From Chitinophagales bacterium (GTDB taxonomy: Bacteria > Bacteroidota > Bacteroidia > Chitinophagales > S012-47), in NCBI GenBank assembly GCA_015487695.1, contig WFPF01000130.1, positions 19,079 through 83,078 of the forward strand: a DNA stretch of 64,000 nucleotides. Direction: 5' to 3'. This document shows, piece after piece, positions 29,226 to 37,142 of the stretch. Under the pieces are notes generated by a model. The model ran no database searches, had not been told where the DNA came from, and was given only the letters and a program-made list of their open reading frames with translations. The translations under genes and the position numbers were made by a program. Every line of letters begins with the position of its first letter. The first letter of the stretch is position 1.

Positions 29226-30160
29226 TGTACAGCAAGAGCTCCATATGGGATGATATCAAACTGGAATACAGGAAGGGAGATGCCATCACCCGGCTCATCT
29301 TTATCAATATCGCTGTATTCCTTTTTATCAATCTGGCCGGATTGATTCTCGGCTTTTTCATGGGCCACCCCGAGTGGGCCGCATGGCTGGGGCGGCAGTT
29401 TACCCTTCCGGCAGATTTGGGCAAGCTCGTCAGCAGGCCCTGGACCCTTGTCACACATATGTTTGCCCATGAGGGCTTCTTTCACATTCTCTTCAACATG
29501 CTCTGGCTCTACTGGATGGGCCGCATTCTGCGCGAATACCTGGGCAATCGAAAGATAGTCCCCATCTATGTGCTGGGGGCCCTGGCCGGTGCGTTTCTCT
29601 ACATTCTGGCATACAACACCCTGCCGGCTTTCCGTCAGGCACTGCCTTTTTCCGAAGCACTGGGGGCCTCGGCCGGGGTGATGGCCATTGTGGTGGCCAC
29701 GGCCACCCTCCTCCCCGACTATCGCATCCACCTGATACTCATCGGGCCCGTCAAACTCAAATGGCTGGCCCTGGCAGCCGTGGTACTCGATGTACTGGCT
29801 ATAAACGGCAGCAATGCCGGAGGCAGCATCGCTCACCTCGGTGGTGCTTTCTTCGGATATCTCTTCATAAAGCAATTGCAAAGCGGCCACGACTGGTCAC
29901 GCGGCATCAACCGCCTCCTCGATGCACTGGCCCAGCTGGCCGGGCCCAAAAAGGGGCCGCGCCTTCATTATAAAAACGAAGGAAAAAGTGCCGAGTACAG
30001 AAAAAGGAAAGGCCGGGCCGCAGCCGAAAAAAAGAAGAAATACGAGGGTGAAGATTACCAAAAAAGACTGGATGAAATCCTTGACAAAATCAGCCGGTCG
30101 GGATATGACGGACTGAGCAAAGCAGAAAAAGATTTTCTCTTTAAAATGAGCAAGAAGTAG
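29225..30160 (+). CDS. rhomboid-family protein with a basic C-terminal extension
   Basis: HMFAHEGFFHILFNM, GASAGVMAIV, AHLGGAFFG. C-terminal LDEILDKISRSGYDGLSKAEKDFLF tail. TGATG overlap with the upstream rhomboid gene. Confidence 0.85.
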   Translation: MYSKSSIWDDIKLEYRKGDAITRLIFINIAVFLFINLAGLILGFFMGHPEWAAWLGRQFTLPADLGKLVSRPWTLVTHMFAHEGFFHILFNMLWLYWMGRILREYLGNRKIVPIYVLGALAGAFLYILAYNTLPAFRQALPFSEALGASAGVMAIVVATATLLPDYRIHLILIGPVKLKWLALAAVVLDVLAINGSNAGGSIAHLGGAFFGYLFIKQLQSGHDWSRGINRLLDALAQLAGPKKGPRLHYKNEGKSAEYRKRKGRAAAEKKKKYEGEDYQKRLDEILDKISRSGYDGLSKAEKDFLFKMSKK

Positions 30161-30163
30161 GAG

Positions 30164-30622
30164 CTACGATTCTTTCGGAGAATCTTCGGCTTCCGGGTGG
30201 TCCTCTTCGCTGCTCTCTTTCCCTTCCTCTTCCTCATCCAATACCACGAGTCCGCGGCCATCCAGCTGAATGTACCATTTGACGATTTTCCGTATATCGC
30301 TCGTGTACACGCGCTCGTCATCATAGTCGGGAATGACGGCTTTCATGTATTCGTGCAAAACGGCTCCGTCACTTTTCGGCTCCGGAAGCGGCAGCTCCGC
30401 AGATTTCTTTTTCATCTCTTCAAACACCACCTTCAGCGGAATGCTGTCGTCAAGGGTATAGATGGTGATGTTCTCCAGCGGAGTGAATAAATGTTTCCGG
30501 GATGATACGAAGCGGGTTTTTCCGCCTTCGAGGGGACGAACGATGAGCCCGTTGTCGCGCTGGCTTTCCAAATGAAACAAACCGCCCAAACCTGATATCG
30601 ACAATATTTTGCTTAACTCCAT
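30164..30622 (-). CDS. DUF5606-like protein
   Basis: N-terminus MELSKILSISGLGGLFHLESQRDNGLIVRPL matches my recollection of this Bacteroidota family. Acidic C-terminal tail. Confidence 0.65.
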   Translation of the reverse strand: MELSKILSISGLGGLFHLESQRDNGLIVRPLEGGKTRFVSSRKHLFTPLENITIYTLDDSIPLKVVFEEMKKKSAELPLPEPKSDGAVLHEYMKAVIPDYDDERVYTSDIRKIVKWYIQLDGRGLVVLDEEEEGKESSEEDHPEAEDSPKES

Positions 30623-30716
30623 CTCTTCTCTGATTTTTTATAAAACCTATTTGAAACGCTCCGCGTTGCTAGCGCTGTAAAATTAAAAAGATAATCCTCC
30701 CCAAACGCCTTTTATG

Positions 30717-30739
30717 CCGCAATTCCATCAGGATTGCGG
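30717..30739. promoter_or_regulatory. perfect 7-bp inverted repeat in the uvrB leader / divergent promoter region
   Basis: CCGCAAT (30717-30723), 9-nt spacer, ATTGCGG (30733-30739). Ends 18 nt upstream of the uvrB ATG at 30758. Confidence 0.25.
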
Positions 30740-30757
30740 AGATTTACAGCTCCTGAG

Positions 30758-32812
30758 ATGCCAAAATTCAAACTCATATCGAAATACAAGCCCACGGGCG
30801 ACCAGCCGGAGGCCATTCGCCAGCTGGTGGAAGGCCTGAAACGGGGCGAACGGGCACAGACCCTCCTGGGAGTGACGGGCTCGGGAAAGACCTACACCAT
30901 GGCCAATGTGATCGAGAAGGTGCAAAGGCCCACCATCGTGATGAGTCACAATAAAACCCTGGTGGCCCAGCTCTACGGAGAGTTCAAAAGTTTCTTTCCG
31001 GAGAATGCCGTGGAGTACTTTGTCTCGTATTATGATTATTACCAGCCCGAGGCCTACCTGCCGGTGAGTGATACTTTTATCGAAAAAGACCTCTCCATTA
31101 ATGCGGAGGTCGAAAAACTTCGGTTGAGTGCCACATCCAGCCTGCTTTCGGGCAGGCGCGATGTGCTGGTAGTGGCATCGGTATCGAGCATCTACGGCAT
31201 GGGCAACCCCGAGGAATTCCGCAAGCGCGTCATTCGCCTCAGCCGGGGGCAAAGCTACCCCATGGACACACTCCTTTATGAACTGGTCGGCAGCCTCTAT
31301 TCGCGCACGGTCACCGACTTCAGCCGGGGGACCTTTCGCGTGAAAGGCGATACGGTGGACATTTTTCCCGCCTATGCCGACTATGCCTACCGCATTTCTT
31401 TTTTCGGAGATGAAATTGACGAACTGCGAATGATCAATCCGGAGAACGGAAGGCGCATCGAGAAGATGGAGGATATCGCCATCTTTCCGGCCAATATTTA
31501 TCTCTCGCCCCGCGACCAGCTCAATGCCATCATCTGGGACATTCAGGATGAGCTGAAAGAGCAGGTCAATTATTTCGAGTCGATCGGCAAATTTCAGGAA
31601 GCCAAGCGCCTGGCCGAAAGGGTCAACTTCGACATCGAAATGATCAGGGAGCTGGGCTATTGTTCGGGCATCGAAAACTACTCGCGCTATCTCGACCGCA
31701 GAAAGCCCGGTACTCGGCCTTTCTGCCTGCTTGATTACTTCCCTGACGATTATCTGATGATTGTGGACGAAAGCCACGTAAGCATTCCCCAGATCGGGGG
31801 GATGTACGGTGGCGACCGGGCACGGAAAAGCAATCTGGTGGAATACGGTTTTCGCCTGCCTTCGGCCATGGACAACCGCCCGTTGAATTTTCAGGAGTTC
31901 GAGCAACTTATCAACCAGGTGGTATTTGTCAGTGCCACCCCGGCCGATTATGAACTGAATCAGACCGAAGGGGTCTTTGTAGAGCAGGTGGTGCGGCCTA
32001 CGGGTCTCCTCGATCCCATGATCGAGGTGCGCCCGGTGGAAAATCAGGTAGACGACCTGCTCGAAGAGATAGACGAGCGCGTAAAAGTGCAGGAACGGGT
32101 GCTCGTCACCACACTCACCAAGCGCATGGCCGAAGAGCTGCAAAAGTATTTCTCAAGGCTCGGCATCCGCTCGCGCTATATCCACTCGGAGGTGGACACC
32201 CTGGAACGCGTAGAGATCCTCCGCGACTTGCGCCTCGGCAAATTCGATGTGCTGGTAGGTGTCAATCTCCTGCGCGAGGGCCTCGACCTGCCCGAAGTCT
32301 CGCTGGTGGCCATCCTCGATGCCGACAAGGAAGGCTTTCTGCGCTCGGAACGCTCGCTGACGCAAATTGCAGGGCGGGCCGCACGGAATGCCAACGGCCT
32401 CGTCATCATGTATGCCGACCGCATCACGCGCAGCATGCAGCGTACCATTGACGAGACCAACAGGCGCAGGGAAAAGCAAATCGCGTGGAACCTCAAACAC
32501 GGCATCACCCCGAAAACCATCTTCAAGTCGAAAGAGGAGATCATGAGCCAGTCCTCCATTCTGGACATCCGCGAAAAAGAATCCGCCACTCCGGAGAATA
32601 ACTATTACATGGATCAAAGCAAAAAAGCCATGGTGGCCGATCCGGTGATGGAATATATGAGCAAGGAACAAATGCAAAAAGCCATAGAAGCCGTGAAGAA
32701 AAAAATGCAAAAAGCCGCCAAACAAATGGACTACATGGAGGCGGCCGCTTTGCGTGATGAAATGTTTGCCCTCGAAGAAGCATTCAGGAAAAAATTCGGA
32801 GAAAGCAGCTAA
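30758..32812 (+). CDS. uvrB: excinuclease ABC subunit B
   Basis: KPTGDQPEAI, Walker A GVTGSGKT, helicase motifs, C-terminal UVR domain (MEAAALRDEMFALE). Start taken at ATG 30758. Confidence 0.95.
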   Translation: MPKFKLISKYKPTGDQPEAIRQLVEGLKRGERAQTLLGVTGSGKTYTMANVIEKVQRPTIVMSHNKTLVAQLYGEFKSFFPENAVEYFVSYYDYYQPEAYLPVSDTFIEKDLSINAEVEKLRLSATSSLLSGRRDVLVVASVSSIYGMGNPEEFRKRVIRLSRGQSYPMDTLLYELVGSLYSRTVTDFSRGTFRVKGDTVDIFPAYADYAYRISFFGDEIDELRMINPENGRRIEKMEDIAIFPANIYLSPRDQLNAIIWDIQDELKEQVNYFESIGKFQEAKRLAERVNFDIEMIRELGYCSGIENYSRYLDRRKPGTRPFCLLDYFPDDYLMIVDESHVSIPQIGGMYGGDRARKSNLVEYGFRLPSAMDNRPLNFQEFEQLINQVVFVSATPADYELNQTEGVFVEQVVRPTGLLDPMIEVRPVENQVDDLLEEIDERVKVQERVLVTTLTKRMAEELQKYFSRLGIRSRYIHSEVDTLERVEILRDLRLGKFDVLVGVNLLREGLDLPEVSLVAILDADKEGFLRSERSLTQIAGRAARNANGLVIMYADRITRSMQRTIDETNRRREKQIAWNLKHGITPKTIFKSKEEIMSQSSILDIREKESATPENNYYMDQSKKAMVADPVMEYMSKEQMQKAIEAVKKKMQKAAKQMDYMEAAALRDEMFALEEAFRKKFGESS

Positions 32813-33010
32813 GCGAATATCGCCTGCCGGCAAGAGATGATAAGCCACTCCGGACAGTTTTCTGTTCAAATGCGTAATTTACAAACACATAGCGTCAAAA
32901 ATTGTACGGCTTCAATTTTATATCATAGGTAATAAGAATATTTTTTCAACTTTCTTTTGATATACATTATACTTTTAAATTTTTTTCCTATATTGCGCTT
33001 CTAACCTTAA

Positions 33011-33073
33011 AACCTAGAAACATGGAACCCTAGAAACATGGAACCCAAGAAACATGGAAACCAAGAAATTTAG
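33011..33073. repeat. about 4 tandem copies of a 16-nt unit (AACCCTAGAAACATGG), each of the first three carrying an ATG
   Basis: Copies at 33011-33025 (15 nt), 33026-33041, 33042-33057 and a degenerate copy at 33058-33073. ATGs at 33022, 33038 and 33054 are 16 nt apart, so they fall in three different frames. Confidence 0.85.
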
Positions 33074-33105
33074 AAAAACCAACATTTATTCTATTTGTTT
33101 TTTTA

Positions 33106-34125
33106 ATGGTTTTCACCGCCAGCTGTAAGAAAAGTATTAACTTAAAAGAAGCAGCCAATCAAAGCACAAATGTTTTTCACAAAGCTTCCCCTTCCAATCC
33201 GGTTGATACCACAACACTTGTAAACATTGAGTCCCTTTACTATGGTGATCCTGCCAATATAACTGCAACAAGTTACACTCCATCCATCAGTAACTTGAAT
33301 ATTCAATTTAATGATGGAAGCGACACGGTTATTTCATTAAGTGCGCCTATGCTTGCCTTCTCTGACACCAATGAACTATTTGAAGCAATCCAAATCCTAG
33401 ATTACCGCCCCACTGATACCATGGAAGCTTTTGCAAATGCAAAAGGATATGTATCGCTCCTCACGGACTATGTCATGCCTAAATTCTCAAGTACCTCAGC
33501 TTATTTTGTAAATGAAGAAATAACAGACTTTGCCGTAGCGGCCATTGAGAACAAGGATGCAGCCGTAAGAATTGGAGATTCCATATTTGTTTCTTTTTAC
33601 AATAAAAAAGAAACTGCCATTATTGACATAAACAGTTCTTCGTTTACGACAAAAAAATGGAAATCTCATTTACCATGCGAATATGAGGATTATTTCAACT
33701 TTAGTATTGGTTATTATAAGTCAGACTGGACTCCCGGCACAGAGGGTGATAAGTATAAGTTATATGGTATGAAGGAAAATTATTCTGGCCCCTTTAGATC
33801 CTATGTTAGGATGTTAATCTTCCTTGATGTCTGGAGAAGTGGAATACCATCTGGCTATGCACCTGGTGAATCTAATAAGTTCAATATGCTTAAGGACCAA
33901 TGGTATGTGGTTAAATACAGACATTTCAAATCTTCATCTTATACTACTATAAGCAATTCAGTAGGAGTCCACTTTAATAAATGGTATAAAAGAAGCTTTA
34001 TAGATTACAAATTTGCTAGTAAGAAAGGCATTTTCCCTAAACCTTATTGTGTACCTAAATTCGAACGTACACATAATTGGATAAAAAAATTCGAAGAAGA
34101 CGTGCATAACAATTACTGGCCCTGA
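33106..34125 (+). CDS. hypothetical surface lipoprotein; 5' end unresolved (signal peptide is in another frame)
   Basis: As assembled the ORF begins MVFTASCKKS, a lipobox with no n- or h-region. In-frame upstream codons read KPTFILFVFL but have no start. ATG 33054 would supply METKKFRKTNIYSICF.. if the T7 tract (33098-33104) were T6. AT-rich, no family recognised. Confidence 0.55.
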   Translation: MVFTASCKKSINLKEAANQSTNVFHKASPSNPVDTTTLVNIESLYYGDPANITATSYTPSISNLNIQFNDGSDTVISLSAPMLAFSDTNELFEAIQILDYRPTDTMEAFANAKGYVSLLTDYVMPKFSSTSAYFVNEEITDFAVAAIENKDAAVRIGDSIFVSFYNKKETAIIDINSSSFTTKKWKSHLPCEYEDYFNFSIGYYKSDWTPGTEGDKYKLYGMKENYSGPFRSYVRMLIFLDVWRSGIPSGYAPGESNKFNMLKDQWYVVKYRHFKSSSYTTISNSVGVHFNKWYKRSFIDYKFASKKGIFPKPYCVPKFERTHNWIKKFEEDVHNNYWP

Positions 34126-34137
34126 TCTGCAATTAAT

Positions 34138-34890
34138 ATGAAAAGTAGCACAAGTAGCATGAAAATTATAGCATATCTTCTATATCCTTATTTACTATTG
34201 CTCATTTCTCTTTCTGCCCTCCACGGGCAGGAAGGGAAAATCAGCAAATATTCTTTGGCTATTTACGGTGGAGGATTTCGCCCTGAAAAAGTAAATTTCA
34301 CTGGCGGCACCCGCCTCGAAAACAACCGGAGATTCCTCCTTGGAACCGGCATTTACAATCATCCCTCGGAACGATTCGATGTTTTCCTTCGCTCGGAATT
34401 AATAATCCAATTTGCAGATATTGTTCCCACGTTGTGTAATTGTCCCGATCGGGCATGGCTGAAATCCAATTCTACCATTGAAACAGGAGTCTTATATAAT
34501 TTTTTCCAAAATAAACGCTCGGAGATCGGCATCGGCATCAGTGCAGGAATCACATATGATATTGTAAACAACAATACAATTGGATATTCAACATTTCCGA
34601 TTAGTGAAATCGAGGAGCTGACTATTTTTGTAAGACGATCATCTACCTTGGGTTATCTTCTATCCCCCCAGATTCAATACAATTTTCGAACTCGAAAAAA
34701 GTTGCATATTTTTTCCTCATTAGGCTTTGTCCTGACTGAGAATAATGCACCAACCGTGGTTTATTTAGAGAAAAGATTTTTCCCCAGTTCGGAGACAGAG
34801 ACTATTGACTTCGGGGTACTTCGTAATAGCTATGCTTTTTTCAAGATGGGCTTTCTTTATGACTTTAGTGTCATATGGTTAAAAGATTGA
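34138..34890 (+). CDS. hypothetical secreted protein, predicted OM beta-barrel-like (paralog 1)
   Basis: Signal peptide (..LLLISLSALHGQ), alternating-hydrophobicity strands, and YGGGFRP, RFLLGTG and CNC motifs shared with the next gene. Confidence 0.6.
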   Translation: MKSSTSSMKIIAYLLYPYLLLLISLSALHGQEGKISKYSLAIYGGGFRPEKVNFTGGTRLENNRRFLLGTGIYNHPSERFDVFLRSELIIQFADIVPTLCNCPDRAWLKSNSTIETGVLYNFFQNKRSEIGIGISAGITYDIVNNNTIGYSTFPISEIEELTIFVRRSSTLGYLLSPQIQYNFRTRKKLHIFSSLGFVLTENNAPTVVYLEKRFFPSSETETIDFGVLRNSYAFFKMGFLYDFSVIWLKD

Positions 34891-34895
34891 TTATT

Positions 34896-35606
34896 ATGAA
34901 ATCACTTACGGTTATTGCCCTTTTTTTCTCCATCTCTGTAGCTGCACAACAAAACTTTTCCTTCACTGCATACAGCGGGGGCATACGCCCAGGGCTTTCG
35001 GGATTTGAAAAAAGCGAATTGTCTTTCGAATCGGCAAGCCGCTTTCTTATCGGGTCAGGCCTGAGCTACAAGGCGAATAACCGTTTTGAATTTGGCGTAA
35101 GTACCGAATATCATTTGAAGTACTATACTCTTCTTGTCAAAGACTGTAATTGCAGGCAGTTTATTGATGACTTTTCAAGTATTGCCGTGGTCATTAGAAG
35201 CTCGTACTCTCTGCTAGACCCGGCAAGGCGTTCACGACTCCTCCTCGGGGGCGGCATGACTCTGATGATGGACTATGGAGTGTGGGATTTTCTTCGTGCA
35301 AGAGATTCTTCCAACAACTATCTACTCGAGCAAAGCTATCGCTTCAATCTTTATGCACCCTATCTTCTGGCTTTCGGCTCACTCAGTTATGAGTATAAGC
35401 TGTCTCCCGTCTTCCGGTTCTTTGCCGATCTGCGCATACATAGCGGTATTTATAATTCGGGCAATGTCAAAGATGTCCGTATCAACTATCAAAACAATCA
35501 AAACGGAGTCTCCTTCGATCGCACTTTTCGCTTCAACCACTTCGACAAATACCTGACTTTCGGATTTAAATACAATCTCTTCGGAAAGAACCACTTCGAG
35601 AAATAA
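34896..35606 (+). CDS. hypothetical secreted protein, predicted OM beta-barrel-like (paralog 2)
   Basis: Signal peptide MKSLTVIALFFSISVAAQQ. YSGGIRP, RFLIGSG and CNC motifs are collinear with the upstream gene. Start at ATG 34896 preferred over 34875. Confidence 0.6.
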   Translation: MKSLTVIALFFSISVAAQQNFSFTAYSGGIRPGLSGFEKSELSFESASRFLIGSGLSYKANNRFEFGVSTEYHLKYYTLLVKDCNCRQFIDDFSSIAVVIRSSYSLLDPARRSRLLLGGGMTLMMDYGVWDFLRARDSSNNYLLEQSYRFNLYAPYLLAFGSLSYEYKLSPVFRFFADLRIHSGIYNSGNVKDVRINYQNNQNGVSFDRTFRFNHFDKYLTFGFKYNLFGKNHFEK

Positions 35607-35790
35607 TACGCAGTAATAAATCCGGCTCTTTTCCTTCTTTTTCCGGGTCAAATGCTGCGCTGAAGCGCCTTTGTAATTTTTGTACTATTCTTTGATGATT
35701 TTGTACCATTAATTTACGCTTCACAAGTTTTTATCATCCGTAATGCGGCTTACTTTTATCTTATTCATTTAATCAATAAAAAATTGCATT

Positions 35791-36231
35791 ATGAAAGCAT
35801 CTGAAAACACCCGGACAAGCCTCCTGCACATTCCCTCTCTTATTCTTCTTCTTTTAACGGCCGGCTTATTTCTATCGGGAATGAATGGGGCCTATGCCCA
35901 AAGCAGCAAGCACCTTCTGGACGGAACCCGCTTCACCGGAGGAATGGGAGAAGCCGGCTCTGACGAAGTCAAATGGGAAGAGGCCATCACCTTTAAAGAT
36001 GGGAAAATGTATTCCTCGGCATGTGCACCTTCCGGTTTTGAGAATGGGGAGTACATCACCCGCAAAGAAGGGGATGTGATCAAATTTACAGCCAAATGCC
36101 ACAGCGAAAGCGAAGGGGACCTCGATTGGACCGGTACCGTAAAAAACGGAGTACTGGAGGCCAGCTATGTATGGCGCAAAGGAAATGAGCGCTGGAACTA
36201 CTGGATCAAGTGTACGCAGGATAAAAAGTAA
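35791..36231 (+). CDS. small secreted protein, unknown function
   Basis: 146 aa with a signal peptide (..LFLSGMNGAYAQ). Composition is closer to the host than its neighbours. Confidence 0.6.
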   Translation: MKASENTRTSLLHIPSLILLLLTAGLFLSGMNGAYAQSSKHLLDGTRFTGGMGEAGSDEVKWEEAITFKDGKMYSSACAPSGFENGEYITRKEGDVIKFTAKCHSESEGDLDWTGTVKNGVLEASYVWRKGNERWNYWIKCTQDKK

Positions 36232-36513
36232 CGCGGACTGCTCCGATAAAACAACTAATAAACTATCAAACCGAACGCATCACCCGAATTGCCGAGCCGA
36301 TAGAACGTGGCAAGTTCGTATTGTTCCTTTTGCCATGGCCGAAAAGGTTTTAAAAGCAAAGAAGCCTTCTTTAAAGGATTTAATCCGGCTGAGTCACCAA
36401 TTATCACAGTCAAATCCTGGCTTTGGCGGGGATGAGTACTGCCATTGGCAACCAAAGAAGAAGAAAAGCGCCTCCCGTGCTATGGCCCCGGTGTCTATCG
36501 TTATCGTTAATTC

Positions 36514-36837
36514 TTAGTCTACAAATGTTTCTTTTATCACTGACTTCACTTCCTTAATTTCCGGTCGTGACAATCGTCCCAATATTTTAATAATTCTTTG
36601 CTTGTCAATGGTCCTGATTTGATCAATCACAATCCAGCCCATCTTCCTGTCATGTTTTACTTCAACCCGGCTTGGATATTTTTTTGAGGACGTTGTCATG
36701 GGTGCAACAATGACTGTCCGAAGATATTTATTCATTTCATCTGGCGAAATAAGCACACAGGGTCTGGTTTTTTTAATTTCACTTCCACGGGTCGGGTCAA
36801 GGTTTTCAAGGACTATTTGATATTGTTTTAATTCCAT
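36514..36837 (-). CDS. mazF: type II toxin, MazF/PemK-family endoribonuclease
   Basis: VLENLDPTRGSEIKKTRPCVLISPD and IVAPMTT...IVIDQIRTIDKQR match the PemK/MazF fold signature. 10-nt overlap with the upstream antitoxin gene. Confidence 0.9.
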   Translation of the reverse strand: MELKQYQIVLENLDPTRGSEIKKTRPCVLISPDEMNKYLRTVIVAPMTTSSKKYPSRVEVKHDRKMGWIVIDQIRTIDKQRIIKILGRLSRPEIKEVKSVIKETFVD

Positions 36838-37073
36838 TCTTCCAAATCTTCGTTCTCGAAAACGTCATCAAATAAGAGTTGATCATCACCATTTTCATTC
36901 ATTTCTTTGAATGCTGCTTCCCAGCCTTTTCTCGGGCTCGGAACAGGTGTCAATATCAGGTATCCTTTTTCCAGAATAAGTTCAACCTTGTCCTTGATGT
37001 TGTATTTTTCAATCAGCGCTTTTGGAAGCCTGAAACCTTTTGAGTTTCCTATTTTTATTATTCGTAATTCCAT
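36828..37073 (-). CDS. mazE: type II antitoxin, MazE/AbrB (SpoVT) family
   Basis: MELRIIKIGNSKGFRLPKALIEKY is a swapped-hairpin AbrB-type N-terminus, followed by an acidic C-terminal tail. Start taken at ATG 37073 rather than ORF-track 37235. Confidence 0.85.
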   Translation of the reverse strand: MELRIIKIGNSKGFRLPKALIEKYNIKDKVELILEKGYLILTPVPSPRKGWEAAFKEMNENGDDQLLFDDVFENEDLEEWN

Positions 37074-37089
37074 TATCTTTTCAAAAAAT

Positions 37090-37108
37090 GTAGTTACAAT
37101 GTTACTAC
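37090..37108. promoter_or_regulatory. candidate MazE operator (imperfect palindrome) upstream of mazE
   Basis: GTAGTTACA a TGTTACTAC: 9+9 nt with one mismatch, also containing a direct GTTAC repeat. Lies 17-35 nt upstream of the mazE ATG. Confidence 0.35.
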
Positions 37109-37142
37109 TTTTATTCGGAATTGCAAAATATTTATTCGATGT

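Noticed and set aside
30728-32143. 471-aa ORF antisense to uvrB
   Set aside because: The sense frame is canonical UvrB. This is an antisense ORF, an artefact of codon bias.
33011-33073. Possible CRISPR array
   Set aside because: The units are 16 nt and directly abutting with no spacers, there are only about 4 copies, and there are no cas genes. It is a simple tandem repeat.
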